DNA of 64,000 nt from an archaeon (GTDB taxonomy: Archaea; EX4484-52; B79-G9), in NCBI GenBank assembly GCA_043813875.1, contig JBDRKP010000054.1, positions 751 to 64,750 on the forward strand, given 5' to 3'. Under the pieces are notes generated by a model. It saw only the letters and a list, made by a program, of their open reading frames with translations, had not been told where the DNA came from and did no database searches. Numbering within the stretch: position 1 is the first letter of the stretch; the number at the start of each line of letters is the position of its first letter. The position numbers and the translations under genes are program-made. Positions 9,767 through 19,654 of the stretch are shown one piece after another.

Positions 9767-10414
9767 TTATTGTATGTCTGACCCTCCAACAAGCGGCACG
9801 AACACGCAATTTGTTATTGCTTCCTCGCTGGCCTTGCCCTTTATTTTTCTGATCTTAAAAAGAGTCTGCATAAACATCCCGCCGACAGGGATCACAAGGA
9901 TGCCTCCTTCTTTTAGCTGTTTGAAAAGCTCTTCCGGTACCTCCTCACATGCAGCAGTGACGATGATCCGGTCATAAGGCGCATCCTTCTCATACCCGGT
10001 CGACCCGTCCGAAAGAATCAGCGTGACATTCTTGTACCCAAGCCGGGAAAGCACTTTTTTTGCATTTTTAAAAAGCTCATCACGGATCTCGACCGTCACC
10101 ACCGACTTTGCGAGCCGCGAAAGGACCGCCGTCTGGTATCCTGACCCCGTCCCGACCTCAAGCACCAACTCATTCCCGCGAAGCTCAATGCACTCCGTCA
10201 TAAGCGCCACCATATACGGCTGCGAGATAGTCTGCCCCTCACCGATAGGCAGTGGATAGTCGCGATACGCCTCGTTCCTCATATCGCGCGGCACGAATTC
10301 GTGGCGCGCCACATCCTCCATCACCGAAAGCACGCGCTCATCCGTGATGCCGCGCTCTCTTATCTGGTACTTCACCATATTCCTGCGCTGAAGTGCATGA
10401 TCCTCTTTATCCAT
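9767..10414 (-). CDS. pcm: Protein-L-isoaspartate O-methyltransferase
   Basis: TISQPYMVALM, the SAM motif LEVGTGSGYQTAVLS, and the C-terminal VIPVG... typical of PIMT. Confidence 0.9.
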   Translation of the reverse strand: MDKEDHALQRRNMVKYQIRERGITDERVLSVMEDVARHEFVPRDMRNEAYRDYPLPIGEGQTISQPYMVALMTECIELRGNELVLEVGTGSGYQTAVLSRLAKSVVTVEIRDELFKNAKKVLSRLGYKNVTLILSDGSTGYEKDAPYDRIIVTAACEEVPEELFKQLKEGGILVIPVGGMFMQTLFKIRKIKGKASEEAITNCVFVPLVGGSDIQ

Positions 10415-10511
10415 GATTATTATTGTGCGCCTAAATTAAAAAAAGCACAGGAATTAGCTGCTATGGCAAAAACTGCTTGTTTATGATTGGTCAGCAAGAA
10501 TCCGTTTTTTA

Positions 10512-10898
10512 TCAGGCATTCATCGTCGCCTCAAGATAATCCTCGTAATACGGCCTGAAATCATCAAATTCCCTGATAGTATCAATAGCGATATCATATG
10601 CCTTATCATAATCATTGAATAGAAGCACCTTCCCATCCTCAAGCACCCGTTTTCTGATATATATCGGTAGCTTGTTGAATATCTGGACATCGATATCCGG
10701 AAACGCCGAAAGATATTTGAGCCTCTTCTTTGACATCAAAAGCGCGCTCATCCGGCTATCAACCACAAGCGCGACATCGACATCGCGATACTTCTCCCCC
10801 CTCGCCGCGCTCCCGAAAAGTATGACTGCGATGATCTCCTTATCCTCTTTGGCCATCTTAATCACTGGCTCCAAACGCGCCTTGAGTTTCCTGTCCAT
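10512..10898 (-). CDS. Minimal nucleotidyltransferase (MNT-type), solo
   Basis: ILFGSAARGEKYRDVDVALVV is a GS...D.D polymerase-beta-like NTase motif. The internal Met at about 10898 is preferred because a TATA (TTTATATTA) lies about 30 bp upstream of it. The track's GTG start at 11060 is rejected. Confidence 0.6.
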   Translation of the reverse strand: MDRKLKARLEPVIKMAKEDKEIIAVILFGSAARGEKYRDVDVALVVDSRMSALLMSKKRLKYLSAFPDIDVQIFNKLPIYIRKRVLEDGKVLLFNDYDKAYDIAIDTIREFDDFRPYYEDYLEATMNA

Positions 10899-11222
10899 AC
10901 AAACCCTATTGGCTGCGCTATAATATAAATCTGTTCTGTCGCGCGAGTAAAAAATCCCATCAAAAATGTGAGAGTTCCGCTCCTTGATCGATTGGCACGA
11001 ATCAGTCAAAATTTCCAGATTTAGAAAAAACCCTCTTTTGATGGCATCATTCAACACCACATAAAATCGACAGCGTGTAATGATTTATCCGTCAATATGT
11101 CTGCCTTTTCAGGGCTATCGGCAGCCAAAAAAGGCGCAAAAACTTCTCCAAAGACGCGATTACCATACACGTGACACATTAAACACAAAAAATATGATTT
11201 TCACAACAAACCCAAAAAAACG

Positions 11223-11232
11223 TATATATACC
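11223..11232 (+). promoter_or_regulatory. TATA box (ACGTATATATACC) about 25 bp upstream of the surface-protein ATG; leaderless-type archaeal promoter
   Basis: The AT-rich TATATATA lies 23-32 bp before the ATG at 11255. A/T-rich BRE-like sequence is immediately upstream. Confidence 0.35.
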
Positions 11233-11254
11233 ACAAATCCCAAAAATAACACTT

Positions 11255-14200
11255 ATGAAGAGATTTGCATATTCCTATTTATCAGCATTGTTGATCCTCA
11301 TCCTTCTCACACAATCATCACACGCAGACAACCCCATACCCTATCTGATAGAAGAGGCCACCCAGGAACTCTTCACAAACGGCACAGTAAAGACCCCGCT
11401 CACCGCAGAGGGCCGCCTCGAAATATCAGTCCCAAACACCCCCGACGTCCTCCAGTACGTGAGGATCAACATCTCAAGCGACTACATAGGAAAAACAAAC
11501 ATACAATCGCAAGAAACCTTCGCCGACGTAGCCGCATCCCCCCTGCCACAGGACCGCTCCCCCATCTACATCGACACAACCGGCGGCTACGACATCCGCT
11601 ACAACATCACAGACCACAATGTCTTCCCCCAAATCAGCCTCAAACTGACCCATAATAACGCTGAAGGCGGCAAAGACATCCACTCAGGCGCCCCCAACAC
11701 CCTCTCATTCAACCTCACCATAACATCAGACAAGACCCCCGCAAACCCGACATACACTGACCTCTACTTCAAGATAAAAGACAACACCTATGCACAAGAC
11801 AGCATGGTCCTCGGCGCCCCCGCCGCAACCTCATCAATCACCCTTCAGGCCCTCGACACCGATGGCGACACCTATGCAGACACAATCTACTGGCGCGGCG
11901 ACCTCACGGCAGGCACCCCCGTCTACATAACCTTTCCCGGCACGACCCAGGCCAACGTAAACTACAACCGCGGCGACCAGTACGTAGACATAGACGAGAT
12001 AGACGCGACAAGATCAGTATACTCCAAGGCCTCATCATTCACCGGGATCACAATCACAAGCAGATTCTCACGCGGCCCCATACGCCAGGGACTTCGCATG
12101 CTATTCAAAGACAGCGTATGGCTCCGCGGCACAATAACAAACAAGGCCCATGGTATCACATACTCCCTCACCGACTGGGCGCTCTACAACGTCACCGACC
12201 TCTTAACACCCATAGCATCAGGCGTAGTCCCCGCACCCCAGCAGCTGGCCCCTGGCGAGACCTACGAAACACAGTGGTTCATAACCCCCAACTTCACAGA
12301 AAAATACTTCGTCTCAGAATTCAACTGGCGCGTAAGATGGGCCCCCTCATCATATCTAAGCACAGCAACAACCGCCATCAATCTCCCCACACTCTACCAG
12401 GCAGACGGCGTATCCCAGAAAACCATCTCATTAGTCCAGATAACTCCCGCCCGCATCTTAAACATAGAAGACAGCGCAAGACACATGGGCCACTCATCGC
12501 TATACTTCAACGCGACAACAATCACATCAACCGTCCCGGTAGGCTACACCATCGAAGACATTAACGTCTACTACTCAAACATAACCGTAGGCGGCAGCGA
12601 ATACAACATAACATCAAACGTCACGATAAACATAACCGCAAACGTCCTCAAAGTCACAATAGAAGACATATCAAAAATTCTAAGGAAACAGTTAGGCTTA
12701 AACGAAGACCTCATAATCCGTTATCAGGCCACAGGCCCGACAACACCAGCAGACTACACATTCGCATCAGACAACACGTTCATCCTGAACACCACCTCCG
12801 GCACACCGCTGACATTAACATCATCAGGTTCAGTGCTCCTGCCCGGGACAGAACCCCCGGCACCCCCAGCCGGTCCCGGTGGCGGCGCAGGCGGCGGCTT
12901 CATCAATGAATTCGCATCCATCGAAAAACTGGACTCACTGATAGTCCAAAAAGAACAGCCAGACACAGCCGAAGTGAAAGCCGTATTCAGGATAATCGAT
13001 ATCGGCAACAAAGGCGTCGGCGACATATACGCAAAAATAATACTCCCAAAAGACTCCATCCTCGACGAGGAAAGCATCAACGTATCAACCTACAACCCCA
13101 TAACCAAGAAATGGACCACATACACCGAAAAAGACCTCATAATAAAAAAAGATACCGCAATAATCAACAACACAATCAGCTACTCAGTAAAAATAAAATC
13201 CACAAACTGGGACGAGGAATCATTCGAACTCAACCTGAATAACAACGAACTCTATTCAATAACATACAGCGCAAAACTCACCCTCGGCAGCAACGAACTG
13301 ACGACACGCCTTCTCGGCTTCAACTATTATACCGATGAACAGATCTCAAAAGACATAGAGGCATACATCCGCATCATTCACGACGAAATCTACATCTCCG
13401 AACTCGAAATAAGGGAATCCGAATTCCAGCCCCAGCAGATAATCGTCGGGAAACCCCCTCGCTGGCTCAAGACAATCGACGTCTACAACCCCAACACCGT
13501 ATCAGTCTCGCACGAATTCAGGATCGGTTTATTCCCTGAAGTCATATCATCGCACATAAGCACCGAAAACAGGGAACTGGACCACAATCTTGACAGCAGG
13601 GACATAGTATATGCCGTATTCAAAGACACCATAAGAGAAGGCCAGAAAAAGACATACCTTATAGACATAACCACGCCGCCGATACTGATCACCGACGAAA
13701 AATACACGATTGATCGATACGACAGCACAAAACTCATATTCACGACAAACCTGACACTAGAAAATCCCTCAAGCATAGACTACGAAAATATAATGCTCAT
13801 ATACCCGATCGGCAGGGAAAGCATCATCAAGGTATTAGAAGATGGGAAAGACCTCAAGTTCGCATCAGACAACCCGGATCAGATAAAGATAGAGATACCC
13901 CGGATAAAAAAGAAAAGCAGCACAACAATCTCGCTATATTACATAAAGACACCCCCTGTATTGACTGCATCCGTCGACAAGCCATCCTATACCTCTGGCG
14001 AAAAAGTGAACATCTCAGTAGTCTTCATCCCGCATGAAAACATGTCATCCTCATTCATCCAGATAGAAGTATTAGAGAACGCAAAAGACCCCGAGACCAT
14101 ATACGCAGAAATAGAACAGGTCAATAACCTGAAAGAAAGCACCCCCTACACATTATCCCGCGAATTCACAACACCGGCTGCAAGGCAGGGCGAATATATC

Positions 14201-14416
14201 GTCCATGCAGCAGCCACATTAAGCCCTCTCGGACAGATAACAGACACAACCACATTCCATATCGAAAGCAACCTGACAACAATCACAAAACTCAGCTTCA
14301 AACTGATGTTGCTATTCGTCCTGGTGATACTCCTCCTTCTGATAAAGCGCATCTACAAGAGAAAAGAATTTGTTGATGAGATCAGGTCACTGAAAAAAGA
14401 GATTGAAAAACTATGA
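11255..14416 (+). CDS. Large cell-surface (S-layer-like) glycoprotein
   Basis: Signal peptide MKRFAYSYLSALLILILLTQSSHA. The 1053-aa sequence is Thr/Asn-rich with dozens of N-x-S/T sequons. It has an internal PPAPPAGPGGGAGGG linker and a C-terminal TM anchor (LMLLFVLVILLLLIKRIYKRK) plus a short charged tail. Confidence 0.55.
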   Translation: MKRFAYSYLSALLILILLTQSSHADNPIPYLIEEATQELFTNGTVKTPLTAEGRLEISVPNTPDVLQYVRINISSDYIGKTNIQSQETFADVAASPLPQDRSPIYIDTTGGYDIRYNITDHNVFPQISLKLTHNNAEGGKDIHSGAPNTLSFNLTITSDKTPANPTYTDLYFKIKDNTYAQDSMVLGAPAATSSITLQALDTDGDTYADTIYWRGDLTAGTPVYITFPGTTQANVNYNRGDQYVDIDEIDATRSVYSKASSFTGITITSRFSRGPIRQGLRMLFKDSVWLRGTITNKAHGITYSLTDWALYNVTDLLTPIASGVVPAPQQLAPGETYETQWFITPNFTEKYFVSEFNWRVRWAPSSYLSTATTAINLPTLYQADGVSQKTISLVQITPARILNIEDSARHMGHSSLYFNATTITSTVPVGYTIEDINVYYSNITVGGSEYNITSNVTINITANVLKVTIEDISKILRKQLGLNEDLIIRYQATGPTTPADYTFASDNTFILNTTSGTPLTLTSSGSVLLPGTEPPAPPAGPGGGAGGGFINEFASIEKLDSLIVQKEQPDTAEVKAVFRIIDIGNKGVGDIYAKIILPKDSILDEESINVSTYNPITKKWTTYTEKDLIIKKDTAIINNTISYSVKIKSTNWDEESFELNLNNNELYSITYSAKLTLGSNELTTRLLGFNYYTDEQISKDIEAYIRIIHDEIYISELEIRESEFQPQQIIVGKPPRWLKTIDVYNPNTVSVSHEFRIGLFPEVISSHISTENRELDHNLDSRDIVYAVFKDTIREGQKKTYLIDITTPPILITDEKYTIDRYDSTKLIFTTNLTLENPSSIDYENIMLIYPIGRESIIKVLEDGKDLKFASDNPDQIKIEIPRIKKKSSTTISLYYIKTPPVLTASVDKPSYTSGEKVNISVVFIPHENMSSSFIQIEVLENAKDPETIYAEIEQVNNLKESTPYTLSREFTTPAARQGEYIVHAAATLSPLGQITDTTTFHIESNLTTITKLSFKLMLLFVLVILLLLIKRIYKRKEFVDEIRSLKKEIEKL

Positions 14417-14528
14417 TCCCGTCTCCATATACCTATCTACTCAGGTTTCAAATTCAGATAATGATATATTTTTATAATTTTACCCAAATAATGATAAATC
14501 AATAATCATTAATCAATAGTTGGTGGCA

Positions 14529-15743
14529 ATGAAATACATAATATTCCTGGGCGACGGGATGGCAGACGACACAAAAACCTGCAAACAGGGAAACACCCCT
14601 CTCATGATTGCCAAAAAACCCAACATAGACGCTCTGATGAAAAAAGGAATCATAGGCTCGCTCACAACAATCCCGAAGATTATGCCCGCAGGAAGCGAAA
14701 TCGCAAACATGAGCATCCTTGGCTACGACCCAGCCGTATACTACCAGGGAAGAGGCGTCCTTGAGGCCGCAAGCATGGGCATTGACATAAAAGAAGGCGA
14801 AGTAGCCATAAGATGCAACCTCATCTGCATAGAAGACAACAAAATAAAAAATCATTCAGCAGGCCATATCACTTCACAGGAATCAGAACAGCTCATAAGC
14901 TACCTTGACGAGAAACTCGGCGACAGCAACATAAGATTCTATCCAGGCATAAGTTACAGGCACCTTCTGGTCATAAAAAACGCAAGCAATGCAATAGATC
15001 TCACCCCTCCTCACGACGTACCTGGAACAGAAGTAGGATTGGTCATGCCGCGACCCCTCCATGAAAAAGGAGAGGCAACAGCAAAACAGATAGACTCACT
15101 TATCCGCAAATCCTGGGAACTCCTATCAACCCACCAGATCAACATAAAAAGGATAAAAGAAGGCAAAGACCCCGCAAACTCCATCTGGCCCTGGTCCCCC
15201 GGCTACAGGCCGCATATGATAAGTTTCCATGAAAAATACGGCATCCGCGCAGCAGTCATCTCCGCAGTCGACCTCATCAAAGGCCTCGGCGTCTACGCCG
15301 GCATGGACATCATCAAAGTCGACGGCGCAACCGGCCTCTACGACACCAACTACGAAGGAAAGGCAGACGCCTGCATAGCCGCCTTAAAAGACCACGACCT
15401 GGTCTACGTCCACGTAGAAGCCCCCGACGAAGCAGGTCACGAAGGCAACTTCGCGCTAAAAGTAAAGACCATAGAAGACTTCGACAAAAGATTGATAGGA
15501 AGAGTCCTAAACAACCTGAAAACCATCGACGGCAGCGTAAAAATCGCAGTCCTCCCGGACCACCCGACACCCATCAAACTGCGTACCCACACCCGCGACC
15601 CTGTACCCTTCATAATCGCAGACCCAGATGACCCACAAAAAGACACAATGTTGGCCTACGACGAGCGCATAACAGACAACGCCAACACCAGCCATCTCAA
15701 AGGCGACGACTTCATAAAACTCTTTTTAAAAGTAGACTCTTGA
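14529..15743 (+). CDS. apgM: 2,3-bisphosphoglycerate-independent phosphoglycerate mutase, archaeal type
   Basis: MKYIIFLGDGMADD, LTTIPKIMPAGSE, HVEAPDEAGHEGN and VLPDHPTP match the ApgM family. The ATG at about 14529 is preferred to the track's TTG at 14520. Confidence 0.9.
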   Translation: MKYIIFLGDGMADDTKTCKQGNTPLMIAKKPNIDALMKKGIIGSLTTIPKIMPAGSEIANMSILGYDPAVYYQGRGVLEAASMGIDIKEGEVAIRCNLICIEDNKIKNHSAGHITSQESEQLISYLDEKLGDSNIRFYPGISYRHLLVIKNASNAIDLTPPHDVPGTEVGLVMPRPLHEKGEATAKQIDSLIRKSWELLSTHQINIKRIKEGKDPANSIWPWSPGYRPHMISFHEKYGIRAAVISAVDLIKGLGVYAGMDIIKVDGATGLYDTNYEGKADACIAALKDHDLVYVHVEAPDEAGHEGNFALKVKTIEDFDKRLIGRVLNNLKTIDGSVKIAVLPDHPTPIKLRTHTRDPVPFIIADPDDPQKDTMLAYDERITDNANTSHLKGDDFIKLFLKVDS

Positions 15744-17094
15744 ACTCTTCATATCCGCCACCAAGATATTCCACAAATTCTTCCTTATCATCAAGCGCCC
15801 TCAAACTATCAGGCACCTCCGGTTCAACACCCATGATCTTGACAACATCCGTTGGGAACTTCGCCGGATGCGCAGTCTCAAGACACACACCGACAGTCAT
15901 ATCCCCCGTCTCCTTCCGATATTCCAAAAGCGCACGCCACCCCACAGCCCCGTGCGGCTCAAGAACAACCTTATACTTCTCATAAACCCTTTTAATCACA
16001 TCCCGCGTCTCATCATCCAAGACCGACAAAGAAAAGACATCACTTCTCATCGCATTCATATCCGGCATCTTATTGATCATCCCGCGCTCATCCATCTGCC
16101 CGCCGTAAAGCGCCACCAGCCGCGCCAGATTGCTCGGGTGCCCAACATTCATGGCATTCGACACGCAATTCCGTGACGGCGAAATCTTTGCATACTCACC
16201 CGTCTCAAGGAACACCGGGAACTCATTATTCTCATTGACAGCAGCGATGAACCGCGCAACAGGAAGCCCCATCTTCTTGGCGAAAAGCCCGCCCATAAGA
16301 TCCCCGAAATTACCCGACGGCACAGAAAAGACAATCTCCTCCCCATCACGAGCGACCCTCGAATAAGCATAGAAATAATAGATGCTCTGCGGGATAAGCC
16401 TCCCGATATTGATAGAATTCGCGGAAGTTAGATTAATACCCAGAAGATCCGGGTCAGAAAACGCCTCCTTCACCATAGCCTGGCAGTCATCGAACTTTCC
16501 GTCGACAGCGATAGCAGTGATATTCCCCGAAAGCGTAGTCATCTGCCTCCGCTGACGCTCTGACACCTCATCCTTCGGAAAAAGAACGACCACCCGTATA
16601 TTTGAAAGCCCGAAAAACGCCTGCGCGACCGCGCTCCCCGTATCCCCTGAAGTCGCCGTAAGGATAGTGATCTCCATATCCTTCTTCTTCATGAAATACT
16701 GCATAAGCCGCGCCATCATCCTCGCAGCAAAATCCTTGAAAGACGCAGTAGGCCCGCAATCGAGCCGCATGATATGATCCTTGTCCGTGACCTTTTCAAT
16801 AGGCACCCTGAAATTATAAGCATCCTTTGTGATCCGTCTAAGCGCCAGATCATCCACATCATCCCCTATGATTCTCTTCAGTACAACATACGCGATCTCA
16901 TCATACTCCATCCTTTTCATGGCCTCGATCTCATCAGAGGAAAAAGAAGGCAGCTTGCGCGGCATAAAAAGCCCCTTGTCGGGAGCGAGCCCTAAAAAGA
17001 GCGCCCTCTCAAAATCAACATCATCGCAATGCATATTCGTGCTATAATAATTCGTCTTGCCCATATTCATCCACACAAAGAGATTGTCAGGCAT
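15712..17094 (-). CDS. thrC: Threonine synthase
   Basis: PLP-fold type II enzyme with a FKDFAARMMARLMQYF lysine motif region and LTATSGDTGSAVAQAF. Its 460-aa length fits the long-form ThrC. Confidence 0.9.
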   Translation of the reverse strand: MPDNLFVWMNMGKTNYYSTNMHCDDVDFERALFLGLAPDKGLFMPRKLPSFSSDEIEAMKRMEYDEIAYVVLKRIIGDDVDDLALRRITKDAYNFRVPIEKVTDKDHIMRLDCGPTASFKDFAARMMARLMQYFMKKKDMEITILTATSGDTGSAVAQAFFGLSNIRVVVLFPKDEVSERQRRQMTTLSGNITAIAVDGKFDDCQAMVKEAFSDPDLLGINLTSANSINIGRLIPQSIYYFYAYSRVARDGEEIVFSVPSGNFGDLMGGLFAKKMGLPVARFIAAVNENNEFPVFLETGEYAKISPSRNCVSNAMNVGHPSNLARLVALYGGQMDERGMINKMPDMNAMRSDVFSLSVLDDETRDVIKRVYEKYKVVLEPHGAVGWRALLEYRKETGDMTVGVCLETAHPAKFPTDVVKIMGVEPEVPDSLRALDDKEEFVEYLGGGYEEFKSLLLKRVL

Positions 17095-17182
17095 TATTTA
17101 AAATTTATCTGTTCTGCTTGCTCATCATAAATCTCTTACAATTTTATTTATGTTTTTATTGCATATCGTCTGCATTGGCAAT

Positions 17183-17228
17183 AAAAAGCTTGAAATTCTC
17201 CCATCAGGCCGGGATTTCATGATTTTTA
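17183..17228. repeat. 48-bp palindromic intergenic element, copy 2
   Basis: AAAAAGCTTGAAATtctcccatcaggccggGATTTCATGATTTTTA. It overlaps the 3' end of the HEPN gene and lies upstream of the thrC start. Confidence 0.55.
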
Positions 17229-17677
17229 AAGAACAAGGATGCGTTATCGATAGATTCTTTAGCCGGCTCAACATTCGCCTGCGGTAGCTTCTGGTATGTA
17301 TATTCTCCTCTCTTCCTTTTCTCAAGCGAGTATATGCTCAATAGTTCTTCGGCGCGCAGAAACATTTTCTTGTATATAGTCAATAGATGAACGTCAAGCC
17401 TGCCTGTCTTCACAAAAAAATCATCAAAAGCATCAATCGTTTTCTTATGAACCTCGGGCGCATCCGTTTTGATATCCTCCGTCATAAGAATTGCCTTTGC
17501 CGAATAGAAGATGCAGTAATATGCATGGCTTATGGCCGAACTATAGAACGTGAAATTCTTCTCGAGCTTGAATTCTTCTTTTTGAAGTCTTTCGTTATAA
17601 GAAGTCTCAAAAAGCAGTTGAGCCGCAACAAGTTCAGTCTCAGCTCTTTGCAGATACAGCTCAGCCAATGCGTTCAT
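17204..17677 (-). CDS. HEPN-domain protein (partner of the upstream nucleotidyltransferase)
   Basis: An all-alpha 157-aa protein that overlaps the NTase gene by 17 bp. Its N-terminal LAELYLQRAETELVAAQLLFE is typical of a HEPN helix. Confidence 0.6.
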   Translation of the reverse strand: MNALAELYLQRAETELVAAQLLFETSYNERLQKEEFKLEKNFTFYSSAISHAYYCIFYSAKAILMTEDIKTDAPEVHKKTIDAFDDFFVKTGRLDVHLLTIYKKMFLRAEELLSIYSLEKRKRGEYTYQKLPQANVEPAKESIDNASLFFKNHEIPA

Positions 17678-18287
17678 GTTTCACACCCTTTATCATATTA
17701 TAATACTCAATTAGCCCGTAAAAAACAACATTCTTCCTGTATATCTCTTTTCCGACATTCTCATCATCCGCCAGAAGCATTTCAATAAACTCATTTCTTG
17801 TAAAAACATGATAGTCGATATTGACAATCTCCCGCCTCTTCACAGTTTCAACATAAGGCGCAATATCCTTTTTAGCCTCCCCGCACTCGACAATAATCGC
17901 AATATCGACATCAGACTTCTGTGTTGCCTTATTTTCAGCATAACTGCCAAAGACAATAAGGACAAAGAACTCGGAATACTTCAATATCCTCTTTTGTATA
18001 TCCTCAAGTATCTTCTTCGGTAGTTTCCGGTTTTCATAAATCTCGAGTTCATTTATCAGGTTAAGATATGACAGTGTCAGATTATTGTCAAAATTAAGAT
18101 AATATGTCGTAACATCTCCGGTCATCTGCGTTCTGACAAGATTCTCATCAAGAAACTGTTTCAGCGCAATCTGGACAGTATTATTGGACTTCTGCTTGCT
18201 TTTTTCCTTTATATCCTTAAAAGTAAGGCGCCGAGAAACATCTTCCCGAAAAACACCTAAAATCCTCAACTGTTCCTTAGTCAACAT
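17661..18287 (-). CDS. HTH-fused nucleotidyltransferase (MNT family)
   Basis: N-terminal wHTH (LTKEQLRILGVFREDVSRRLTFKDIKE) plus the NTase motif LIVFGSYAENKATQKSDVDIAIIVE. Confidence 0.7.
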   Translation of the reverse strand: MLTKEQLRILGVFREDVSRRLTFKDIKEKSKQKSNNTVQIALKQFLDENLVRTQMTGDVTTYYLNFDNNLTLSYLNLINELEIYENRKLPKKILEDIQKRILKYSEFFVLIVFGSYAENKATQKSDVDIAIIVECGEAKKDIAPYVETVKRREIVNIDYHVFTRNEFIEMLLADDENVGKEIYRKNVVFYGLIEYYNMIKGVKHERIG

Positions 18288-18493
18288 GATTTACACCATT
18301 CTCTCATAAATTACCTATTTTAAGGTAAAGTAAAACCACTTAATAGGTAAAATATACCCTATTATTAGGTATTCATATTAATAAACCTTTGGATTGATTA
18401 AAAGAAATAAATGATTATTCTGACAAAAACAGGACACGAAAACATTAACCGCAACCCCCGATTCACGTTTCCATGTCCTTAAACCCTTACAAC

Positions 18494-18811
18494 CTATCTC
18501 GTCTTTCCGTCCCTGCAATAATACCCGCTCGGCTCCCCGTTAGCAAGACGATACTCAGTCCATATCGGGCACATGCTACATATACACATCTGCTTGAAAT
18601 CAAGATCCTTGCACCTTGCAGACCCGCCAGAGCAATAAAGGCCCGGTATCTCCTTTGGAACAGGCATTCCCCCGGTAACCATCATCTTTTTCGCCTTCTC
18701 CATATGCTCCTTTGAGCACTGGCTCTTCACCTGTACCGGGCACTTCCCGCAGATACACTTCATGACATTTTCCTTTGTAAACAAAACATTCGTCATCTTA
18801 CCACCTCTCAT
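18494..18811 (-). CDS. DUF2769-family Cys-rich protein
   Basis: CICGKCPV ... YCSGGSARCKDLDFKQMCICSMCPIWTEY ... YYCRDG matches the DUF2769 cysteine pattern. Confidence 0.6.
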   Translation of the reverse strand: MRGGKMTNVLFTKENVMKCICGKCPVQVKSQCSKEHMEKAKKMMVTGGMPVPKEIPGLYCSGGSARCKDLDFKQMCICSMCPIWTEYRLANGEPSGYYCRDGKTR

Positions 18812-18856
18812 ATCTCAATATCCGCTCGGTTTCATTCTCCATCAAATCCACCTCAT

Positions 18857-19654
18857 CTACTTACCAAAAAAAGCGCCGAAAACAAGATACCCGAAAGCCG
18901 CAACAAGAATGATCGTCGCCCCCGACGGCAGGTCATACGCATAAGACACGAGAAGTCCAAGTCCCATGAACACAGAGGAGACGACCGTAGAGACCGCCAT
19001 CATCCCCTTGAGACTGGAAGAAAACCTCCCCGAGATCGCCGCCGGTATAGAAAGCATCGCGATCACAAGAATGATTCCCACGATCTTGATAAGAATCACA
19101 ACCGTAAGCGCGATAAGCGCAAGCAGGATCATATTCACCCTCTCCACCGGCACTCCCCTTACCGTAGCGAACTCCTCATCAAAAGACACAGCAAAAAAGT
19201 CATTATACAAAAGAATCACACCGAGAACTATGACCAGATCAAGCGCCGCCATCAAAAAAAGATCATCCAGAGTAACAGTAAGGATGCTCCCGAAAAGATA
19301 GCTCATAAGATTCGGCGCATAGCCTGGCGTCATATACACAAACACAATGCCTATCGCCATCCCCAAAGACCACATTATGCCGATTGCAGTATCCGTCCTC
19401 TCATTGGTCCTCCTGGTGATTTTCCCGATAAGCAGAGCAAATACCACGCCAAAGACAGCCGCGGCAAGGATGGGATTGACCCCGAGGAAATACCCTATCC
19501 CGATTCCGCCGAAAGCAGCATGAGAGATGCCCCCGCTGATGAACACCATCCTTTTGGATACCACATATGTCCCGATGATGCCCGCCGCCACACTAGCAAG
19601 GACCCCGGCGGCAATCGCATTCCTCATGAACTCGTACTGAAGTATCTCAATCAT
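18857..19654 (-). CDS. znuB: Zinc/manganese ABC transporter permease
   Basis: About 8 TM helices of the ZnuB/MntB family. It overlaps znuC by 4 bp (ATGA). Confidence 0.85.
   Translation of the reverse strand: MIEILQYEFMRNAIAAGVLASVAAGIIGTYVVSKRMVFISGGISHAAFGGIGIGYFLGVNPILAAAVFGVVFALLIGKITRRTNERTDTAIGIMWSLGMAIGIVFVYMTPGYAPNLMSYLFGSILTVTLDDLFLMAALDLVIVLGVILLYNDFFAVSFDEEFATVRGVPVERVNMILLALIALTVVILIKIVGIILVIAMLSIPAAISGRFSSSLKGMMAVSTVVSSVFMGLGLLVSYAYDLPSGATIILVAAFGYLVFGAFFGK

Noticed and set aside
11080-11655. A 191-aa Pro/Arg/His-rich ORF overlapping the start of the surface-protein gene in another frame
   Set aside because: Low-complexity alternative-frame translation of a strongly coding gene. 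There is no start context and its composition is an artefact of the Thr/Asn-rich frame.
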